Positions 36,801 through 46,497 of a DNA stretch of 64,000 nucleotides are shown here, piece after piece; positions within the stretch are counted from its first letter, which is position 1, and each line of letters opens with the position of its first letter. The position numbers and the translations under genes were made by a program. The notes under the pieces are model-generated. The model had not been told where the DNA came from. It made no database searches and was given only the letters and a program-made list of their open reading frames with translations. This stretch comes from Dipteris shenzhenensis (Eukaryota): the NCBI GenBank assembly GCA_047967505.1, contig CM106538.1; one strand, 5' to 3'.

Positions 36801-37441
36801 TATAGCAGTTGGAAGCTCGATCACAATGATTAGCTGGTGATAGTGTCAAGTTGAAGTGACTGATCGACATGGATGATTTCATTTTAAGAAGATAGCCCTG
36901 TCACTCACAAAGCTCTATGGTCATGACCTATCATTTTATACTTCATTCTTTAAAATGAAAATTCCTTAGGTTCAGCTTAACAAGTTTCAAGGAATAGTTT
37001 TTTATTAATTGTGGACCACAGAGTTGAAAAACAAGAATGTCTTTAGATCATATCTTGTGAACCATACTGCAGCACAAAGGTCTGGGTCTATGGATTTGGA
37101 TGTGGAAAGATTTGAGCCTTTTTTGCATCAACTGGTGCTCAAGACCTAAAGTGATACAATCCTGACATGTAAAGTAAATGGAGAGCTTAATGGAGTCAAA
37201 CGACTATGAAACAAAGGAAATGGAGAGGTTAATTGAGTCAAACGGCTAGCGGATGTTATATTGCACCTTGAAGCAATGAATATAATATATATTCTCAGCA
37301 ACTTATGTAGACTTTGTAATACAATATTGCTAAGTCAATTCAGTTTTTTGTTAGCATTGATAATTTCTGATAAATTTCTTAGTTTTGTAACAGTCAGTTT
37401 GTTTTATGTGCTATTATTGAGCAAAGTTCCCTTGGCTTCAG

Positions 37442-37549
37442 GGCAGCAATGAAGAAGGCCATGATAATGGTACTTTGATGACAGCGTTATCACAAGCAGG
37501 ACTTCATTCAGGAAAGAACATAAGGGTTCAAGTCTTTAGTCCACGCACA
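37442..37549 (+). CDS. Host gene exon I (BtuF-like binding domain continued), after a 33-kb intron
   Basis: cttcag acceptor and ACA|gtaagt donor, 108 nt, phase 0/0 compatible with exon H. Sits in an AT-rich non-TE island. Encodes GSNEEGHDNGTLMTALSQAGLHSGKNIRVQVFSPRT, ending in the expected VxxLxPxT segment. Confidence 0.7.
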
Positions 37550-38300
37550 GTAAGTACTGATTTCTTATGAAAACGATTTAGTGCAGTGCAAATTTCAGGG
37601 CTCTGTGTTCAATTGCCTTCTTGCCTCCACCGATAGTTTTTCTTTCTGCTCTCTTGTTGAATTTCTTAATTGGAGTTCCAGGTTGCAGGATGTATTTTGA
37701 GCCTAATCACAGACAGTCTTAATACTTCTATATATTTTCCTTTTCCATGAAAAGATCCTGCCATTTTGTGAAGAGCTTAGAGGGAAATGCCTTTGCGTAA
37801 GCTGCTGTTCAAAAAAATAATAGCTCAAGCCCACATTGTGTGCCATGGTCAATGAGGTCACCTTTGTTCCATGTCCTCAAATAATGACTCGTGTGTGTCT
37901 GAATCTGTAGTGCACCCCTCCCACTTTTCAGAACAATTTTAAGCTTGAAGTCCTAGTTAGAAGTTGACTGTTCTGAGAAGAATAGTCAAAGCCTGTGAGC
38001 AGTACGCTTTTTAATGGGCTGCTTGTTGGACTACTGAGGCTCATTCAGGCGGAAAGTAGAATGGGAACTTTTGGACACATATGCAATGTCAATCAGCTGT
38101 ATGATGACCAAGTATGGATCAATTCTTTTTTCAATGTACTTAACTGATGTTGCATGCAGATTAACAATAAGATTAACAATAGACTAGGCTAAAAGACCTT
38201 GGAGAGAACACACGCCTTGGGCCTTAACCATGTGGCCTGAAGGATAACCTACTCAACTTGATGTACTTCACGCTGTGGGGTGTCTCTGTGTATGTGTGTT

Positions 38301-38332
<32 letters not shown>

Positions 38333-38334
38333 CA

Positions 38335-38695
38335 AAACCAAAGGCATTTCCCACTGTCTTTGCTTGAGATTCCCAGGTCATCGATTTGGGAAGTTTTTCT
38401 GGTTATTTGGCAGATTGACTCCGGCACAGGCCCAATATTCTCTCTTTCTTCATTGGGTCAGATTTTGGGCGTTTTGGACTATTTGGAAGCAGAGGAATCA
38501 GGTCTTCTTAGGCAATCCATTGCTTCAACTGTATGAGTTTTTTAGAGCATCATTACGGCAATCTCTGTATGATGCTTGTCATGAGAATGACTTAGATGTG
38601 TCTTCTTCAGAGGTGTTTTCCCACTGCTTTTGATTTTTCAGAATAGTCTATTTTCCAGGCTATTCTTTATAAATTCAGTGGTTTCACCAAAAAAA
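38335..38695 (+). mobile_element. Short 3' fragment of an L1-type LINE inserted in a (GT)n(GA)n microsatellite
   Basis: FWTIWKQRNQVF (WxIWxxRNxxxF motif), A-tail at ~38689-38695, GTGTGTGAGA on both sides. Confidence 0.6.
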
Positions 38696-38702
38696 GTGTG
38701 TG

Positions 38703-41170
38703 AGAAAGAAAGAAAGAAAGAAATTTTATTAAAGTCTTCGGGAGACCGTGAAGGTCTATGAGACTAAAGATAACTAGTACAATGAGCATAACGGTGGCGG
38801 TCTCAAAATGGTCCGGCCAACCGTTTCTTCAAAAAAGTTATGGACGGTGTGTCTAGTCGTGGTGCAAAAAATGTGTATCTATCTCCAGATGATACAAAAA
38901 AATGGCACAAAAAAATGGAGCAGAAGGGGGGAGATACAAATATATATATATGCCTGTGGTGATCGTCAGAGGCCAATCATAGAGGGCCCGTCAAATGGGA
39001 GGTCGAAAAACCCTGCGATGGATGATTGGCCTTTGACGTCACACTGCCTAGTCGAGCTCGGTTGTCGGGGGCGGCGGGAGGCCCTATGTTGAAGAACGAG
39101 AGCGACGGTGACCTCGGTAGGGCGTGCTGAGAGCATAGAAGGGATGTCATGGACCCGGATGTGTGAGTCTGTCCGCTGGCGTAGCTGTCGTGGCTCTGGC
39201 TCTCGCTCACGTCCGCGTCGTCGGCTAGACTGAGGAGAGGTATCCTGTGACTGGAAGAAATCAGTGATGGGTCGCTGAGTGTCCTCATGCTGTGTGGGCT
39301 GCGCATGCTGTCGTGCCTAGAGGGACGCATCTCGGTGGCGGGTGATCTCATGTAAGAAAGCGGCTAGGCACCGCTGGTCCGGAAACTGCAGCATGCGTGT
39401 GAGGGGGCCGAATCTGTCGCGGAATAGGCAGTGGTAAGCAAAGTGCTCCTCCGACTCGATCTCCTGCAGGTCGCAAAGTGGGCAAATGCGGTCCTCTCGT
39501 GGGATACCCTCTGTGCGTCCACTCTCGATCTGTAATCGGTGTGACGAAACCCTAAACTGGCCGAGTGAAATCCGGAGCGCATGCGGTAGATGAATCTGTG
39601 TATAGCCCGGGGGCGTGATGAAACCCTCATGTGAGATTTGGAGGCAGTGTCGGCGATAGCAATCGAGCTTCACAGGAAGCTCGGGATGAAGAAACCAAGT
39701 CCTCCAGGTGTGAAGCTGGAGCAGGTCCTCTCGGATGATCTGCTTGACCTCCTGGTCAGTGGGGGAGAAAGGGGATGGTGGAGCGCCGAGGTTATACTGA
39801 AAAGGAGGCAACCGGTCCATGTCGAGGCCCAGTCGGGTGAACCAACAGGAAAGGCGTCTATACCAACATCGCTGGTCCCCATCAGCGGATAAGGCCATAG
39901 AGGAGGATAGGGCTAGCCAGGGTAGGCGGAAGCGACCGTCGGAAGAGGAGCTGAAGTCCCTGACCCTGTGTAGATAAGTGATAGCCTAGAAGGCCGCATC
40001 AAGCTGTACTGGTGAGGCGCCGAATTCTGCTAAGATGATCTGATGAGGTACCGATGGTTTGCTGCAGATCATCCGAGCAAACATTAGTATCTGTAGGCGC
40101 TCAACGCGTGCCCACTCTGTGTTTGAAAGGTCGACCCCCCACCATGGGCTGTCGTACATACCTGCTGGGCGGACCAAGGAATCAAAAAGAAGAGACTTGG
40201 TCCGCGGGTCCTAAAAGTGAGAGTGGTAACACTGTCGCTCCAGTTTGGCAAGAGCGGCATAGCCTCGGCTGATCCTGGCCTGCATGGCCGGGCGCATCGT
40301 GAAGATTGGGCCTGAGAATTTAACGCCCAGGTATGTATAAGAGTCGACTATCTCAACAGGGTCGTTGGCGAAGAGGAACTGCTCTCGGTGCATAGCGGGT
40401 CGGGAGGTGTTGAAGGTCATGATCTTGGTTTTCCCATGGTTGACCTTCAAGTCGTGGGTATCACAGAAGATCTGAAGTCCATCCAGGTGTCGCTGAAGAC
40501 CAGAAGCAAAGGAGGATAGTAGTACTACATCGTCTGTGTATAAGAGAATCTGGATGACAGCCTCCGCAAGAGAGCAGCTTGCACCTCCAAGTGTCCTGAT
40601 GGTGGTCTCGAGCTCGTCGATGTAGAGGCAAAATAGAGTCGGTGACAAGGGACATCCTTGTTTGACCCCTATAGTGCTCGTGATCTCTATGGTCCAGCTG
40701 GTACCAATCCTGACCCGGCCCGTCACCCTCTCATAGAGAGCTACTACCACCCATATAACCTCCGAGTCGTAACTTAACTCTTGCAAGCATTTGACAAGGC
40801 GGGCCCGAGGAACAGTGTCGAATGCCTTGCGGAAATCCACAAAGCAACAGTATATCCTCTGTCTCCTGTGTCTGGCCTCCTCAATGATTCCTCGAAGTGT
40901 GAAAATGTGATCGTAAGTCGAGTGATCCGTCGTGAAACCGGCCTGTCCAGATGCCCTGAGGCCTCGTATCTCTGCGCGAGTGCTGACCTCACCATCTAAC
41001 ACTGATGCATAGATCTTGGACATAACATGTCCAATCATGATGGTCTTGTAATTCCCTGGATCCATGGGATCTCCTGCTTTGTGGATGGGTGTGATAGTGT
41101 TCAGGGTCCAGGCTCTGGGGAATCCGTGGCAGACAGCTTCATTGAACAACGTTGCTAGGATGGGGGCTAG
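38703..41170 (-). mobile_element. RTE-clade LINE copy 2, 5'-truncated
   Basis: RT ORF 40211-41149 (FVDFRKAFD, GVKQGCPLSPTLF, LYTDD, YTYLG), C-terminal RVSSHRLQIESGR..ICPLC, and a (TTTC)n tail. Confidence 0.9.
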
Positions 41171-41720
41171 AGTTTATTAACCTCTACGAAAGACCAAAGG
41201 GTCTATGAGGCTGAAAAGAAACTAATACAATGAAGCCTAAGGGTGGGGCCACTAAAATGGGTACCCCTACCCAAGGCTGGTGCCTGTAACGAGAAATAAA
41301 AGTAGTGTATCGTGCTAACGCTGCAAGGGAAACCCACAAAGGGGGCGCAAACACCAAGGAGAATCCTTCGGTTGTCTATCAATCGGTCAACTTTCCTTGA
41401 GTGGCTGGACCTGTGTATGCTGTCTGTTGGAGGACGACTGAGGAGAGACAAGAGGAGCTCGTTTGACAGTGGCTCCAGATCTGGCGAGGGCTGGCATTGA
41501 GAGAGAAAATTTGTGATTTAATGCTGCTATTGCTCGGCCTGTCTGGGTCCATCCCTCCTCTGTAGTCTCCGTGATGTGGCCCTTAGTGGCCTGTCTCCCC
41601 ACTCGAAGAGAGAGGATATGTTTGTGGCCCTCATGTGACTGTCCACTCGGGGTCGGATCTGGTGAGTTGTGTCCTGTAGATCTCTCTTGCGTCTGAACCC
41701 CTGCTGTCCCTGGCTCGGAT
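41171..41720 (-). mobile_element. RTE-family 3' end fragment (copy 3); far boundary approximate
   Basis: Carries the same 3' terminal motif TTTATTAA..AGACC-N4-GGTCTATGAG as the other RTE copies. Confidence 0.55.
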
Positions 41721-42789
41721 CAACAAAAAAAATCCATGATCGTGCTGGCTGGTCCCTCATGTGCTGAGACCGTAACTGAACCTCAAATGCAGCTTCCAAT
41801 AAGCAAACCACAGCCCCTCTAGTTAATTCGCAACTCAAATCCTTTGGAATAGGTGGCTGAAAACAAATTGCAGGACTTTATTGCAATAGAATTACTTTGT
41901 ACAACTGGCTCACAAAGGGAACAAATACAACTGCGAGCCTAGAGGCCCTTAATAGACTAGGCCAGCCAACTAGAAGCTTGTGCTTTCCAAAAGCTGGGCC
42001 TGCTTTTCTTGCCTAGAATATTTTCTCTAGAAAGCTAGGCTTTCTCTAAAGCAATTGTGTTATCCATTAAGGGGAGGCGCTTTTATACTTTCAACTCAAG
42101 TGGGCCCTTCACTTGTCTAGAACTTTTCCCCTAAAAAAGTGGGGGATTTAGAGAAAGTGCGTTATCCATAAAGGGGAGGCACTTTTATGCTTTCGGCTCA
42201 ACGGGGCCCTTCATTCCATGAGATGCCACTTGTCTTGTGTTTTTCCCCTAAAAAAGTAGGGGATATAAGCACTTTTCGAAGTCCTGACCTTGCACAAACA
42301 ATATCCAATACTTTGACCCATTAGAGGTTAGCAAAATGAATGTATTCTCGTTCTCGGCCTAATCCCAGTCCTTTGTGGGCATCCCCACGGTTCTCTTTTA
42401 CCTATGCAAAACAAAGTAAATAAAACTTATTCTATTTAGCCAAAGTCGACTTCCTTTGAGTGAAGTCAATCTAATAAAGTTCTCTCTTTATTTCGTAGGA
42501 GAATCACAAATGGGTGACATGCTCTCCTCTCTACTAGTATGAGCTGATTTGTGTCTCTAGGCACCAAGAAGGAAAGTAGGCACCCACCGCTGATCTAAAT
42601 ATCGACAAGAATGTCTAACTGGGCCGAAACCAGTATTGAAAAGACATTGGTGCCATCCATGGACCTCATAGTATAACGGGCATTTGAAAGCATGGCGATC
42701 CTCCGTCTCACTCTGCATATCACATAAAGTGTAAATCCGTCTCTCGCATGCGATACCCTCTGCTCATCTTGTCTCAAACCGTAGCAGAG

Positions 42790-43200
42790 AAAAGAAATAA
42801 AGTTTATTAAAAGTCTTTGGGAGACCAAAGGGTCTATGAGACTAAAAGACACTTGATAGAGTGATTTAAGGGGTGGAGCCGCTAAGCGGGCTTCAACACC
42901 CATGATGAGTACAAAAATAAAAGTCCATAGTCATGATCAGAATGGCGCCAATACATAAAAAGAAAAGCTCTTTGAGGGCGAAGTATCAATCTTGAGAAGG
43001 GGGTGTCACTGTTCGAGGCTGTTGTGGTGGCGTAAACCTGTGATTTAGCGTTGGCGGTTGTCAGCATGTGTGGCCCACTATGCTCTCCAGGCTATGGCCT
43101 TGCGGCGAACAAGCGCCACTGTCACCCCTATGGGTCGTGTCTCCAGTCTAGTAACCATGGAGGGAAGGTCCCCTAATACGATTTGTGCCTCAGTCCGTTG
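42790..43200 (-). mobile_element. RTE-family 3' end fragment (copy 4); far boundary approximate
   Basis: Same 3' terminal motif AAGTCTTTGGGAGACCAAAGGGTCTATGAGACT. Confidence 0.55.
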
Positions 43201-43272
43201 GTGAGTCTATCGTATCTTTGGCTTGGGTCCTCGCGTCCGTCTTCTCCGTAAGTCCAGCTGGTCGGTGCTATA

Positions 43273-44447
43273 TGTTGAAATAGGGCTGGTCACCTCCCCA
43301 TCTGTGAGCCCCCAAATGAGGAGTGCATCGGGGGTGAACCATAGAGGAAAACAAAGAAGATATGGGCCTGTCACAAGGACAGCAAACAGGTGGCCATGTG
43401 GGCAGCACAAAAGAAAGAGTGCCTAGCAGTTGGGAGCCACCATGGAGGGCAGATCTGGGGCGACTATGCCACGTGGCTGTCCACGATTGGAGAAGACTGA
43501 TCTGTGCAGGGTATGGGCAGGCCTGCCATGTGTCCAGGCAGGGCCAGCCAACCCTCAAAGAATGTGCCCCTAGGAAGGGGGAAATTTTATACTACCAAGT
43601 TGGGTTGCCGACGCAAACCCCCCTACCTAATCGGCTGGTGTAAGGGGATTTCAGCCCTATATAAAGGGGGCCTTGGGGCCCCACTTGATATCCACCAGAG
43701 CAGCACTTTAGGGAGCAGAAAGGAACACGATTGGAGAAGACTGATCTGTGCAGGGTATGGGCAGGCCTGCCATGTGTCCAGGCAGGGCCAGCCAACCCTC
43801 AAAGAATGTGCCCCTAGGAAGGGGGAAATTTTATACTACCAAGTTGGGTTGCCGACGCAAACCCCCCTACCTAATCGGCTGGTGTAAGGGGATTTCAGCC
43901 CTATATAAAGGGGGCCTTGGGGCCCCACTTGATATCCACCAGAGCAGCACTTTAGGGAGCAGAAAGGAACAGCAGAGCAACACCATTGGGTTCTACATCC
44001 AAGAGGTCAATTGGGGGTTGAGGAATTTGGTATTATATCTTGTCCAGCTTTTGGACGAACAGAAATATACAAGTGTTGCTTCTATATTTGCCTCTGAGCA
44101 CTGTCCATTTGCTGGCTTGTACACACATGTTGATGAAGCTTGGTTCCATAGTGAAACACTTTCATGTGTCATTTCTGGGCTATCTATCAGTCTTCCGCTG
44201 CGGGATACCCTCTGGTGGGATTTCATCTTCTAACGCTGCGGTAGACTCTTTATCCGTGATTCCCGTACCTTACTGCCCTGGTTCTTCTACTATATGCCGG
44301 GCACCTCTAGATCTCTGAGCCCGCATGACAGCCCATGTGCTGCCCATGTGGCAGCCCCACGCCTATACCTATCCTGTGGCTCATCCCCCCCGATGAATCC
44401 TCATATGAGGGCTCACAGGTGGGGAGGTGACCAATCCTATTCCAACA
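43273..44447. mobile_element. LTR-like sequence bounded by inverted, related ends
   Basis: TGTTGAAATAGG..GGTCACCTCCCCA at 43273 mirrors TGGGGAGGTGACC..CCTATTCCAACA ending at 44447. Internal TATA box CCCTATATAAAGG. Confidence 0.55.
43482..43969 (+). repeat. Tandem duplication, 2 x 244 bp
   Basis: 43482-43725 repeats at 43726-43969 with no differences seen by eye. Confidence 0.95.
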
Positions 44448-44784
44448 CCCCCTATCACCGACCCACATTGGCCAGATCCAAATCCGTCGATGAAGATGCT
44501 CCAGTAGCTCCCGCATCGTAGCCCTCTAGAATAGTCTGGTGTCGTCATAGTCTTATATTGGCTTTTCAACTAATGGCTCCTACTCCGCCATGTTCGGTTC
44601 CGCTTTCGCACACCAGTCTGATACACAGGTGCCATAGTTAGTAGCACCTGATGGCACCTCCACCTTTAGTCACGAACCCGCCTCTGAACACGAGCTCTCT
44701 AGGTACCAGTATCCTCCAGCCGTCCCCCTCATGATAGGTGAACAGCCTGAAGTCCTTCAGGCAGCAAGCTTGTTTTTTTATTTT

Positions 44785-45480
44785 TGGCCAAATGAAATCT
44801 CGCTTCATGGGATCATATGTCTTTTCGACACATGAATGTCTCGCAGACGGGCTATCATGGCATTGTTGAACGACCCTCTGCCTAAGATAATTTTGATTAG
44901 GTACTACTACCTTGCCATTTCATTTTAGCGTACCGTATGCTATGGTATAGCTTGCATAGGTTTGGCCTTTTCTGGATGCCAGGTCATACTTTTCCCGGGG
45001 TTTAAGCACATAAGCCTTAGACCAAAGGCTCAGGATGAACTTATCCACTTTCTGAAGTTTCTCTAATCTCTGTCATTAGAGCACTCTCTAAACCGTGAAA
45101 CTCATATTATGCACAATGCGAAATAATGCATCAACACCTTTATTTTCCTTCCCTCTTCGGTAACGAATTGTCATGTGAAACTCCTGCCTTAGTTTTGCCC
45201 ACCTAGCTTGGCGGCCTCTTAAGTCAGGTTGTTATAGAAATGTTTTAGAGCATCATGATCTACATCTACATAAAACTCTGAACCATACAAATAGTGCCTC
45301 CATGTTTTCAAAGCATGGATAACATCGTACACAACTCTAATTCATGAGTTGGCCAATTTCGTTGAGAGGGAGAAAGCTTCTTGCTTTCAAAGGCTACGGG
45401 CCTCCCCTCTTGGAGGGGAGCTGTTCCTACAAAGAAGCCACTTGCATCAACTTCTATGAAAAACGATGTCAAAGATTGTG
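44785..45480 (-). pseudogene. Degenerate Gypsy pol fragment (RNase H to integrase start), related to Gypsy A
   Basis: FFIEVDASG..QEGRPVAFESKKLS..WPTHELEL. Nucleotide similarity to 24680-25030. Confidence 0.8.
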
Positions 45481-46497
45481 GGTTTTTTAGGTTCAGAAGA
45501 CCAGACAATGGAAGACTTTCTGTTGACGGCGCTGGTTACATTGAGGGATCCAGACATGTCAATATATGATGTGTAGTCCTCAGATGTAGAAGCTTCCACT
45601 TCCAAGACATAATAGGAGAAAGCTTCCACCTCTTAGATGGAACAGTATACATCACATGGATCTATTAACATTGCAAGAGAGGAAGGATAGAAGCTGGCGA
45701 CGCTGCATTGGTAAGTTCGAACAATGTTTTGTGTTTTGATGGTCTTTTGGTATAACTTGTTTTGTTGGTCTTTTAATGTTTGTTGAATTGTTGCAGGAGG
45801 CATTTGAGGTCGATGAGTTCTCATCACGACAGGGCAGTGTTCGCAGCGCGTTTGGGCGAGATCATTCTTTAGCCCATTATCTCGGTGAAGTTGTACAACA
45901 CCTCGTGGTCTTCCATAGCAAATGTTCTCCTTGAGGGCCTACGGAGCTGCTGAAATGCAAGACATAGTCGTGTGCTATCGGGTCTTCCAACATCACTCGG
46001 AATGCCGACAAGGTCATTTTGATCCATCGCTTGCCTGCCGTCAATGCATTTGGATCGAATATTCACGGCAGGGCATTGACGGCAACATCTATGTCGTTGG
46101 CAGCAGATTGGGGGGAGCTAGAGTGTCCCTACACCAAGACAAAGTTACAGATTGGCCAAGGTTTGGGGCCAACTTGTGTGTTTGTCTTGGTGCAGGGGCA
46201 CTCTAGCTCCCAATCTGCTAGCTATACTTTTGCTGAATTGTCGATATAACGGTGTTGGCTGGTTATTTGTTAGTTCTACTGCCCTTTAATTTATTGAAGA
46301 CTGGTTTCATGGTTCCGTTGCCGGGACATCACCATCTTCTTTAAGGAGGTGAGCCTATGGTTGTCTTTGGTGCAAGTATTGCTTGCTTTATTCAATTGCA
46401 GCAAAGAGAATTCAGCAAGTATGTCACACAGTGACGAGGATTGGGATATGGGACAATAGTCCTCTCAAGATGGGCAATCTTTGTTTGAGGGAGCTAC

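Noticed and set aside
46383-46497. N-terminus of the 865-aa ORF as genuine Copia gag
   Set aside because: Similarity to Copia D begins only at ~46498. The upstream part is unrelated flank read in frame.
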